This document shows positions 31,701-43,700 of a stretch of DNA of 64,000 bases, in pieces. The DNA comes from an uncultured Planctomycetota bacterium. Its GTDB lineage: Bacteria > Planctomycetota > Planctomycetia > Isosphaerales > Isosphaeraceae. The stretch is taken from positions 1,056,001-1,120,000 of the forward strand of contig CAWGMQ010000006.1 in the NCBI GenBank assembly GCA_963823665.1. The letters are read 5' to 3'. Under the pieces are notes generated by a model, which saw only the letters and a list, made by a program, of their open reading frames with translations, made no database searches and was not told the DNA's origin. The stretch's first letter is position 1, and every line of letters starts with the position of its first letter. The translations under genes and the position numbers were made by a program.

Positions 31701-34700
31701 TCTGGAGGTATTCCTGGGTGGATTCGTAGCCGACGTCGATGGCATCGCCCTGCGGCTGGTAGATGGTGTTGTTCGTGGCGGTGCAGTCGGGGTCTTCGTA
31801 GAACAGGATGCCCTGGTTGCTGTTCTCATAAATCAGGTTGTTCTGGATCGTGGCGCCTGAACCGTAGTTTGCCACGATGCCGCTCGCGTTGCCGTAGACA
31901 GTGTTTCCCCTGGCTACGCTCTCGTACTGGAGGACGATGCCTGCACCCGCATTTCCGTATACGGTGTTGTTTGCGATCAGATTGGTCGAATAACTATCAC
32001 TGGTGATCCCCTCCGCGTTGTCGTAGACAGTGTTGCCGATTGCTTCGTAGACGTTCGTGAGGTTAAGCCCAACGCTTGATTGTTCGTAGACGAAATTCTG
32101 CGAGATCAAGAGGTTGCCGGAGCCAGCGATTCCGGTGCTGTCATCGAAGACGGTATTGGCCGTGATGGTGGATGCCACGGTTGAGCCCACGGCGGAGATT
32201 CCCGTGCCGCTGCCAAAGATTCGATTGCTCGAGATCATGGCACCGTTGACTTCGTTGCCCACCACGATGCCGGTATTCGATGTGTCATAGATCGTGTTGC
32301 CACTCACGGTCACGCTTGAGGTCGTTACGTTGCCGTTTGCAAGAACGATTCCCATTGATTGTTGAATGTAGGCGCTCAGATCGAGCTGGCCGTACAGAGA
32401 ATTATTGATGACCTGTGCGTTACTGTCGCCGGCACCGATCTGAATTCCGTCGTCGTCATTGTCGTAGATGGTGCAATTCTTGATCGTGAGGCCGGTGCTC
32501 CCGGAGTAGGCAATGGCGTTGATGCCGATCAGGCCGCCCGTGACGGTCAGGTTTTCCAGTGTCAGGTTGACCGCGCCGTTCACGTCGATGACGTCGCTGG
32601 AGAGGAGGCCGCGGTTGAAGACCGTGCTGATATTCGGATAATTCGGGCCGTTGTAGCCCTCGATGATGATGCCCGATGCGTTTGCGCCCAGCGTGAGGAT
32701 GCTGCTGAGATCGTAGGTTCCGGCGTCGACCATGACCGTGTCGCCGGCGTTCAAGTGGTACGCCGCCAGTACGCCGGCGATCGAGGCCTTGGGAGTCGCG
32801 GGCGTGAGACCGTTGTTGCTGTCGCTGCCCGGAGCGGTCGTCCAGCCGCCGGGGACCACGGTCCCACTGTTGATGTAATACGTGGTCACCGCGCCGGTGA
32901 TCGTGAATGGCTGGGCGCTTGTGCCGGAGAGGCCGCTGTACTGCACGCTCTGGACCTCGACCAGATAATTCGAGCCTGAGGGAATCGAGCTGGGGAGCGT
33001 CCAGGAGTACTCGCCGCTGTTGGGCACGGCGCTGGCGATCGTGAGGACGGGTGTCGTGCTACCCTGCTGGAGCAAGAGAATATTGACCGTGCCGGCCGGT
33101 GGTGTCGCGCCATTGACGGGCGCCAGATCGAAGCGCCAGGTGATGTTGAAGGTTTGTCCCTCGGGCCAGATTTCGCCGCCAGAGCCGGGCCTGGTGACGA
33201 TCAGATACTGGAGCGAGCTCAACGAGGCTTCAGCGGTATTGCCATAAGCGCCGATATTGATGTAACCGCCGTTGGGCGCAGGTTCATTCGAATAGCTGTC
33301 AGTCGGGTCGCCCATGTCGATGGCAGGGGACTCATTGGCATCGGCCGTCAAGGTGCCCGTGGGGAAGACGGGCAAACCGGTCGTCGTGCTGACGACCGGA
33401 GCGAGCGAGCCGCCGTGGTCGCTGCCTTGCAGGCTTTGCTCGTGGAAGTCGTTGTCGCGACCGTCGTCGGTGGGGGAGATGTATCCCGCGACGCCCGCGG
33501 ATCCGAGCGGATTGACGAACATCGGGTTCAACGCGAGGCTGTCGGCGTCGGTGAAGTCGGCGTCTTGCAAGGCGGCCAGGTTCGGACGGGCGATCTGGGC
33601 CCAGAGGCCAACCTGGCCAGTGCCGGTGGCGTAGAGGATGTTAAAATCGCTGGTGAAGCCAACCTCGCTGTCGGCAGTCACCGAGATGTCAAAGCCGGAC
33701 TCGACCCAGATAATGTTGTTGCGGAGCTGGATGTTTTTCGATTGATCCAGAATGTCGATCCCGTCGCCTTGCGGCTCGTAGATCGTGTTATTCACGATCT
33801 GCACGGCGCCAAGCTGGCCACTCTCGGCCAGAATGCCCCGACTGGAATTGGCGTAGATCAGATTGTTAGTTGAGCACGGCTGAGGAGCCAAACTGAAGCG
33901 CGATGCCGGTCCCGCTTGAATAGATCACGTTGTCGTAGACGGGCGAAGCGCCGGTGATCGAAATTCCATCGCCGGAGTTGTCATAGACCCGATTGGCGTA
34001 GACCGCGCTGTTGCCGTTAACGGTCACGATGCCGCTCGCACTGGCATAAACGTCGTTATTCGCGGCCTCGGCGTCGTCATCGAGGTAGATTCCCACCGAC
34101 TGAGACCCGGTGCTGCCGGAGACGACGTTGCCGGCCACGAGCACATTGCCAACGGCGTAAATGCCGTCGGCAGAATTGTTCGCCATGATGTTGCCCAGAC
34201 CCTGCGTCAGATCCAGATCGCCCACGACGGATTGAGTGCTGCCCGACTGGTTGACCACAATGCCCGAGCCGGCGTTGTCGCTCGACGTGCAGGTCTCGAC
34301 CAGAGTGCCATTGGCATCCGCCAGATTGATGCCGTCGGCGCCGTTGTAGGTCGCGATGCAGTCCACGACCAGCGGGACGCCGCTGTCGACATAGATGCCG
34401 TAGCTCGAGTTGCCGGTCGCCGTGATCGAATTCATGGCCAGAACGTTTGATGCGGTGAGGATCCGGATGCCGGCCCCGCCGTTGTCGAGCGATTGGTCGT
34501 TCTCAAGCGTCACCGCGGGGCTGTTTTTCACGAGCAAACCATCGGACGAGTTATGCGAGAACGTCAGATTGGTGGCGACGAGATTGGTACTGTTGTCCTC
34601 GGCCAGCAAGCCGTTTGATCCGCCGCTTAACGTCAGGTTCTCCACCGTCATGAACGCCGCGTCATCGAGCGTGATCACCGGCGCATCGGCAAGCGGATTT

Positions 34701-37700
34701 GCCAGCGTGAATGTCGCCGGCAGGCCTGCGCCGCCGGGGCCGGTGATCGTGAAGCCGCTCTGGCTTCCATTGCCCGTGATCCCGGAGACCACCAAGGGCG
34801 CCACCAGGGCGTAGTTGCCGGCATCGACGTCGACCGTATCACCCGGGCCGAGCGTGAAGATGTGCAAGAGGTTGTTCACATAGGGCACGGGCTCACTGGG
34901 ATTGGTGCCGTCGTTACGGTTGCTGCCAGGGGCTGATGTGTAGATATCGCCGAACGTACCGGCGTCGTTCACATAAAAAGTGGTTGAATTCTCGGGAACG
35001 GTGAAGTCTTCGGTGCTGCGGGCGAAGACGCTGGGGCTGCCGACCAGGGAAATCTGGATCCGCAGGCCGTGCGTTCCGAAGTTGATGCCGCTGTCGGCGG
35101 CGATCCACTGATACACGCCTGTGTCGGGCGTGCTGGGAGTGATGTTCATCAAGAACTGCGGACCGTTTGGTCCGTCTTGATACAGATCGATGCGCACCGG
35201 TGCATTCGTGGTATTTCCCAATGATTCCCAGCGGATCGGTTCCTGGACGGTATCCAGCCAGTCGGTGTAGAGATCGGGACTGATGAGCCGCAGCGTGGGG
35301 GTCTGGGTTGCGCCGATCTGGACGCGGACGGCGCCGTAGGCGCCCTGATCGAGCGCGGCGGAGTCGGATTGGACGTAGACGAACGCGGCATCGAGGTAGG
35401 CGTCGTTGGTCGAGCCGCTGTTTCGCACGGCGGTGAAGCGGTATCGCGCTGTGCGTGCTCCGACGGGAATGTCGACGCGGCCGCCGACGAGCTCCCAGCG
35501 AGTGCTCAGGTTCTGGGCATCTTCGGTTGTGGTGGAGATCACATCGCCGCTGGCATCATAGAAGGTGAGACTGATCGAGCCGGCGTCGGGAGGAGTTTCG
35601 TTCGCCGAGCGATCGCGGCCACCGAAGATCAGGGTCTCATCGCCGGAGTCGATCTCCGCATCGGTCAGGCCGGTGGCGGTGAGGTTCACGGTTTGATCGA
35701 GCGTGACGACGGCGTTGGGGCCGGCGAAGAAATAGTCGGCGCCTGTCCAGGGAGCGGGGTTCGCGCTCTGGGTTCCGCCGCTGGGGGTTGCCGTCCAGCC
35801 GGAGAGGCCCGACGAGAAGTCGGGATTCGTGAGGAGATTCTGGTAGACCGCGGGCAAAGCTTCATCCGTGATCGGGTCGGCGGCGTTGATGGTCGGACTG
35901 CTGCTTCGCAGGGCGGCGAAGAGACCAATCACCTGGAAGTCATTGATGGAAAGCCCGGCGAACCGCGGCTGATTGAGCGTGGGATTGAGCGAAGTCGTGC
36001 CTTCGGAGTGGAGATCGAATTCATCAACGTCATCCTGCCAGTCGAGGATGTCGGTGAAATCGATGTCCCAGTGGACCAGCTTGCCGGTACCGCTCGAATA
36101 AAGGTCGTTGTAATCGCTCGAGTATCCGGTCTGACTGTCGTTGGCGACGTTGATGTCGTAGCCCGACTCGGCCCAGAAGATGTTGTTCAAGATCTCGGTC
36201 TGGCTGGAGCCGCCGGTGATGTCGACGTTGTCTCCAGTCGGCGCGAAGAACGTGTTGTTGACGATGCTCACGGCCGTCTGGCCGGTCACGGCGACGCCGG
36301 ACTGGATGTTGTCATAGAACACGTTATAGGCGATCAACTGGCCGCTCGACGCGCTGATGCCGATGTTCTCCCGGGTGATCTGGTTAAATTCGATCGGGCC
36401 AGTGAAATTGACGGTGACGGTGTTGGCGGCGAGGACGTTGGGATCATCGGGATTGCTGCCGCCCAGGAATCCGGAGCCGCTGACGCCCACGGCGTTGTCG
36501 TAGATGTCCTGGTTTTGCATGTTGGCGTCTTCGAGATTGACGCCGGTTTGATTGTCGAAGATTTGATTGGGACCGGTGCTGCCGACGAAGCCGAAGCCGT
36601 TACTGGGATCGAGCACGGTGCTCTCTACGCCGGTGACATTGTCGTGAATGCGGTTGTCGCCGAGGGCTGTTGCTGCTTGATAGTTGATTCCCACGGCCGC
36701 GTTGTAGATGTCGTTGGAAGTAATCGCGCCGGTGAATGCGGCGGCGATGCTCAAGCCCATCGCGGCCGCGGTGATCTCATTGCCACTGATTGTGCCGGCG
36801 GCCGGGGCCAACAGAGCGATCCCTGTTCCGGCACCGCTCAACTGATTGTCTTGCACGTTCAGGCCGGTGGTGCCGGCGGCAGCGATTGAGATATCCGCCG
36901 CGGTTGATGAGATCGAATCATCATCGATCGTGACGTTCGTGGCGCCCCCCTGAACCGTGACCGCCGCTGCGCTCGTCGTAATGCTGTCGTTCAAGAGCTC
37001 AAGCCCCGAGCCGCCGCTGAGTGTCACGCCTGATCCTGAAACGGTGTCGCCGTAGAGGGCGGCCTGGGTCGCATTCGTGAACGTCACGCCGCCGGTCAAG
37101 TCGAGGTTTTCGAGCACGGTCCCCGACATGCCGGTGCCGGTGACGGGGACCGGAGATCACGGTCGAGCCGGTGGTCGAGCCGACGATCAACACGCCCGCG
37201 GGGATCGACGAGAGGTTGACGGCGCCGGAATAGGTGCCGTTGTCCACGAGAATCACGTCGCCGGGCTTGAGCGGATTTGTGGTGTTCGACAGGACGGCCT
37301 GGAGCGTGAGCATCGGGCTGGCGGGGGAGAGGCCGGCGTTTGAATTGTTGCCCGGAGCGGTGGTGTAGATATCGCCATTTGTGCTTGAGTCGTTCACGTA
37401 ATGGATTGTGCCCAGGCTGAACGTGTTGCCGAGAACGACGATCTGCGAGCTGCCCGAATCGAGCGCGCTGAAGCTCACGAAGGGATGGCCGCTCGGGTCC
37501 ACGGCCAGGGAGGGGGACTGCACGATGCCGAGACTGCCGGTGATGCCGTCGAAGCTCGCGTCGCCCGGGAGCTGCGCCGACGAACGCCGAGCCGGTCCAG
37601 GACTTGACGTAGACCGTCGCGCCGTTGGCCGGGGCACTTGGGAATTCGTTGTCGATCCAGGCGAGATACAATTGGCCGTCGTTGCTCGAGAGCACCGGCT

Positions 37701-40700
37701 GCGTGGCCGGCCCGCGGCTGGAGGATACACCACCTGAGGAGGTCGCGCCGGCTCCGGCTGGCGACCACGAGCTGCCGGTGTACATCGCAGCGTAGATCTG
37801 GTCCACGCCGCTTGAATTGTCTTGCCAGGCGGCGAAGAGCGTACCGTTGTCGAACGCCAGGGTGGGCGACGTGGCCTGCGCGGTCGAGTTGCTGATTCCG
37901 TTGCCGGAGGCAGAGCCTTTCAACTGCTGCCAGGAACCGCCGGTGTACTCGAGGACGAAAAATCTGCTGCGTGGAATTGACGGTCTGAGTCCAGGCCACG
38001 GCCACGTTTGCGCCGCTTGATGCCAGCGCCAGATTGCTGACCGAGCTGGACGAGGCCGAGACCCCATTGCCGCTGGCAGCACCGGTGCCGAGAGCGACCC
38101 AGTTGCCATTTGACGAATTGCTTGACGTAAACATTGGTGACGCCGCTCGTCGTGTTCAACCAGGCGACGACGGGGCCGGTGGACGTGCTCGGTGATCACG
38201 GGGTCAGTCGCGCCGCCGGTGCCGCTGATGCCGCCGCTGCCCAGGGAGCTTCCGAGCGCGACCCAGCCACCGGCTCCGCTGTTGGCCGTCGGACTGTATT
38301 GGGCCACATCGATGTCGCTGGACGTGCCGTTAAAGACGGTGTAGGCGACGACCGGCTGGCCCGAGGCGTTCAAAGTGATGCTGGGCTGTTGCGCGCGCCA
38401 GGAGCGTTGCTGATGCCTCCTCCCTGGCGCTGCCGGCGAGCTGGACCCAGCCTGAAGACGTGTGCTCGGCCACGTAGATCTGGTACTGGCCGTCGCGCGA
38501 ATCGGACCAGGCGACGTATTGGCCACTGGGACCGGCGACAACGCTGGACTCGATCGCCTGCGCCGGACTGTTGCTCAAGCCGCCGGCAAAAGCCGAACCG
38601 GAGAGACCCGTCCAGCGGCCTGGAGCCAAAGCGCCGGTGGGCAACGTGGCCGCCGAGTCGACGAGCGAGGGGGGCCAGTCGGGCGGAGTCGGGATTGCTC
38701 CCGGCGACGGCAGCGCCACGGTGCCTGCGGCCACGGTGTAGACTTGCGTGCCGGCGGTCGCGCCGGTGATCGTGTTCGTGCCGCCCTGGTTATAAATGAT
38801 GTCGTTGCCCGCGCCGGCGATGATGTCGTCCTGGCCGGAGCCGTAGATCGTGTCGACCGCGGTGGCCGTGCCACCGCTTTGACCATTGGCGTGGATCACG
38901 CCCGAGCCGCCGTCGAAGATGAGGTCGGTTCCAGTGCCGCCGTAGATCGTCGCGGCGCCGGTGCCGCCCACGATCGTGTCGTTGCCCGAGCCACCGGTGA
39001 TGTTATCGTTGCCGCCGCCGCCGTAGATCAGATCGTTGCCGGCCGCGGCATCGATGACGTCTGCGAAGGGTGAGCCGTAGATGGTCGTGTCGCCCGAGCC
39101 GGCGATGAGCGTATCGCCGGAGCCGGTGGCGCCATTCAGGATGTCGATGCCGGCGCCGCCGACCAGGCAATCGTTGCCGGTGCCGCCATCCAGGTAGTCG
39201 TTGCCGGAGCCGGCGAGCAGTGTGTCGTTGCCGCTGCCGCCATAGAGCCAGGCGGTGCCGGAGAAGCCGGTTGAGTCCAGAGTCTCGTTGCCGGCGCCGC
39301 CGCTCAGGATGGCTGAGGCGATTCCGCTCAGACGCAAAGCTGGCTCCGTTTGAGCGGGTGAGGCAGCGCGTTCGTCAGCACGGCGCTTGCGTCGACGGCG
39401 GAGACGATCGTGTCGAGGCCGCCGCCGCCGGTCAGTGTTGCGCTGCCGGTCCAGCCGGAGACGTCGAACGTGTCGTCGGTTGTGCCGGCGGTCAAGATTG
39501 CTTGCCCGATTCCGCTCAAGCCGATTAACTCGCCGTTGGAGAGATCGAGACTTTGATTGGTGAGCGTGAAGTCGACGTCGGCGGTGACGGTGATACTGTT
39601 GGTTCCGGCGCCGCCCTCGAGCATCAAGGCGCCAGTGATCGACCTGGTCGATCGCGCCGCGGCGGCCGATGTACCGCCCACGACGAACGCGTCGCTGCCC
39701 GAGCCGCCGGAGACGAGCAGGTTGCCCTCGGTGGCCTGGATGTCGAACGAGTTGGTGCCGGCGCCGGCACTAATCTGCGTGCTGCCGGGACCTGTGCCCA
39801 GGACCGTGACCTGGTCGCCGCCAGCGCCCAAGGAGAGTTCAAGTGCGGCCAGATTGCTGTAGGTGATGCCGTCGGGCATGTCGAGGCCGGTGAGGGAGGT
39901 CGATGTCAGCGTGACGACTTCCTGAAGCGTGCTGCCGGTGGCATCGACGTTCAGGATGTCCATGCCGCTCGCGCCGACGATGGCCAGCGGCGCGCTGATT
40001 CCGGAGAGGTTGCCGCCTGACTGAGGCGACTTGCTGCCGACGTTGATGACGTCCTGGCCATCGCCATTGACCGTTGTCGCGCCGCCGATCGCCTGGATGT
40101 TGACGGTGGTGACGGCGCGTTCGCTATTCACCGTCGTCACGCCGCCGGTGGATTCGATGTTGATGAGCGCCGTTCCAGAGCCGGCGTTGAGCGTGGTGGC
40201 GGCGCCGGTGGAAATGACGTTGATCGTGTCTGAGCCCGAGCCGTCGGAGACGGTCGTTGAGCCCAGCGTCGATTGGATGTTCACTGTGTCGCTTCCGTTA
40301 CCGTCTTGCACGGACGTTGTGCCGGTGTGCGTGCTGGCGATGCTGAATTGAATCGTTCCTTGGCCGAGGAAGGCGCTGACGGAAGCCATGCCGTTGTAAG
40401 TGATCCCGCTGGCCATGCCCAGTCCGGTTATCGTGTCGGACGTGAGAATGCCGGTCTCGGTACCCGTGCTGCCGGAGTCGTCGGCGACCAGGGAGTTGAC
40501 GCCGCTGCCGCCGGAGACGACGAGGGGGGCGGCGATGGTGGCGAGCACACCGCCGGAGGTTGGTTCCCTGCTGCCGACGTTGGTTATCAAATCGCCGGTG
40601 TTGCCCAGGATTGCGGTCAAGCCGCTGATCGATTGCACGTCGATCGTGTCGGTGCCGGTACCGGCGTCGATGGTGGTCGTGCCCGAGTCGGTGCCTCCGA

Positions 40701-43700
40701 CGGTCAGGGTGTCATTGCCTGAGCCGAGGAAGATGTTGAGCGCGGCGATGTTCGTGTAGTCGATGCCGCCGGTCATCCCGAGGCCGGTGATCGCGGTTGA
40801 GGTGAGCGTTCCGGTGCGGTTTGCCGAGGAGCCTGAGTCATCGACGTTCAGTGTGTTGGCCCCGGAGCCGGCGTTTACGGTGAGCAGTGCGCCCATCGGG
40901 CTCAAGGACCCGCCTCGCGCCGGGGAGAGGCTGCCGACGTTGATCGTGTCATTTCCCGTGCCGCCGGAGATGGTCGTCGGGGCTCCAATCCCTTCGATAT
41001 TCACCGTGTCGTTGCCGGAGCCGGTGTCGATCAGGCCGGGCGTCGTGTCGCTGCTTGCGTAAGTGAAGACGTTGTTCTGGGATGAGCTGCCCGAGAGTGT
41101 GACGAGCGGCGCGAGAATCGTGCCCAGGATATCCAGATAGGTTCCCGCACCGGGATTGTCGTTGTTGTAGTCGCCATGGATCACGACGTTGCCATGCGAG
41201 CTGATCGTGCTGCCGGGCGCTGCGAAGATGTTGTTCTCGGCGAGGAGTGTGATCGTGCCCGCAAGTGCGCTCAAAACGGCAGTGCCGGGCAAATCGAGGC
41301 TGTCGCGCCCCAGCGCCAGAGAGCCGGCGGTGAGGACGATGTTTCCGGCCGTCGACGTCACCGCGCCTGCGATGAGTGGACCGCCGGTCGCAATCACGTT
41401 GATGTTGCCTAGCGCCGTGGCGTTCAACTGCACGGGATCGAGGTCGATCAAAATTGGACTCCCGGCGCCGATGGAGCCCTTGCTCGCCGTCAGAGTCACA
41501 GTCGCGGCACTGATGAGCTGGGCCGAGCTGCCGCTTGAGATGTTGCCGGCCGAGGTTGAGATGGTTGAGGAACCGGCTGGGCTGCTGATCAGGCCGCTCA
41601 GGACCACATTGCTCGAGACGGCGGTGCTCGAGCCAGCGGTGATCGTGATGTTTCCCTGGCTGGCGGTCACGTTGCTAACGGTGATCGTGTCTGCCGTGGA
41701 CGAGCCGCCGGACTGGCCGTCCTCGAACAGGAGGCTCACGTTGCCGCTCGAGGAAGTGACGTCGTTGAGCGGCAAGTTGATCGCACCGCCACCCTGTGAC
41801 GTGGGCGTGACAGCGAGGAAAACGCCGGCGAAGCCGATTGCTTCGGGTAGGCTGGCCGGCATGCCGGAGGTGAAAAGGGGTACCAGCGGAAGTGGAAGCA
41901 GGGCCGTGCCGATGCTGCCCGCGTCGGCTTCGAGCTCGAAGGTCGCGGCTTCGAGGGAGTCGCTCGCCGCGGCGGCGAGTATGCTGCCGCCGGCGCTAGT
42001 GATCACGGTGTCGCCCAGCGGGTTTGTGATCGTTCCGGTCAGGTGGATGTTCCCGCCGGTCGTGTTCGTGCTGGCGATTTGAACGAAGCCGCCACCGACC
42101 GAGGTTGACGTGATGTAAGTCCAGTTCGCATTGGTCGCGGTATCGATGACAGTCGGTGTGCCGCCGGCGCCCACGACGTTCAAGGCACCGACGTAAAGGT
42201 CGTTGGAAGAGGCATTCTGGATGACGACTGTTCCGTTTGATTCGAAGTCGATGCTCGAGAAGCCCGACGTCGTTCCGCCCGGGGCTGAAACCGTGAGCGT
42301 GCTGGCGGTGCCGGTGGTGAGCCCGGTGACGTCGATCTGGCCGGTCGAGTCGGTTTGCCCGACAGCAAGCGGATTGGTGCCGTCGGTCACGGCGAGGCCG
42401 TTTTCCGTGGTCACCATTCCGGCGGGATTGACCGTCAATGTGTGGGCGACGCTGCCGGTCAAGGTGATGTTGCTGTCGAGTGTGACGGTATTCGTGATGA
42501 CTTCCGACCCTATATCGTTCTGCGAGCAGCCGATGCCGGGGTTGAGTGAGGCGTCTGTCTTGTCGGCGTTGACGACGTAGGTGCTGCCGCCGGTCATGAG
42601 GGGCCGGGCCGCGACGATGGAGATTTCGGGGGCGGCGAGAGAAGATCCGGAGTCGAGGTCGGCTTCGGTCGTGTCGAGTTTATAGCTGCCGGCGGTTGAA
42701 TCGTAGATAGCGGCCGCGGCGATGACGGTGGTCTTGGAATACGAATTCGTTTCGTCGTTCTCAGTCTGTGCCAGGACATTCAGGTCTCTTGCCGACGTGA
42801 CGGTCGACCCGCTGCCGATGTGCGCCTTGGCGTCGGTGATCTCGTCGGCTTCGGCGGTGGCATTGTCGGCTACGCCGCCGCCGTCAGATTCGGTCTTGTC
42901 ACTGACGACCGCTTGCACCTGCGGGTCGACGGCATCGAGGTCGAACTGACCAACGTTCACGTCATCGTCGGTGCCGAGCTCGGCGAGGGTCTGCACCGGG
43001 GTCGAGGTCGTGCCGGCAGCGGCGGTGGCATCTCCGGAGTTGGTTTCGATCGCACCTATGGTCGTCTGGTTCAAGGTTGCAGAGAGGTTGTTGCTCTCTT
43101 GCGCGAGGATCACGAGCGAGGCGCTCGGGGAATTGATCGTGGTGTCATCGCCCAGTCGGGCCTGGGTCATCGCGCCGTCTTGGGGCTCGACCAGGTTGAG
43201 CGTGAGACTGGCACCGCCTGAGCCGACGGCGCCGCCGCCTGATGCTGCCATGGTCGGGTTGCCGTTGTCGATGGTCGAGCTTGAGATATTGATAAGCTTG
43301 CCGGCGGAGAGCACGGTGGGGGCCGAGCCGGTTGCGTCGTCGGTTCCGGCGTCGGTCTGGCTGGTCATGGTGAGCGTGCCGAAGGCGGAGCCCTGATTGC
43401 CGAAGCCGCCGGCCGTACCGTCGACAAAACCACCGGTCTGGTCGAGCGAGCTGGAGATCACGTTCAATTGCTGGCCGGCGGAGATAACGTCGCCGGCGCC
43501 GAACAAGGCGCTCGTGATGGAATTGTCGGTGACGTCGATCTGGGTACCCACGGTCGCTTCGAGCCCGCCGGCGGTGGCTGTCGCCTTGGAGTAGGCCATG
43601 CGCGACGTATCGGGCGTGCCGGCTTCATTGGCGTTATCGTATGCGAGGATATTCACGTTACCGCCGGATTCGAGATCGGTGCCGGGGGCGACAAAGGACT

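Noticed and set aside
38770..39300. RTX pore-forming toxin
   Set aside because: Only Ca-binding-type nonapeptide repeats inside the giant protein; no toxin domain, acyltransferase or T1SS genes.
31460..39365. Programmed ribosomal frameshifting or phase-variable tracts in the giant gene
   Set aside because: There are eleven sites with mixed +1 and -1 shifts, no slippery heptamers, and homopolymers of at most 5 nt. Sequencing error is far more parsimonious.
39630..39665. Possible extra compensated frameshift pair (AAAARSTRSITG vs alternative-frame GAIDQ)
   Set aside because: The net frame is preserved and it cannot be resolved without reads, so it is not counted among the 11 indels.
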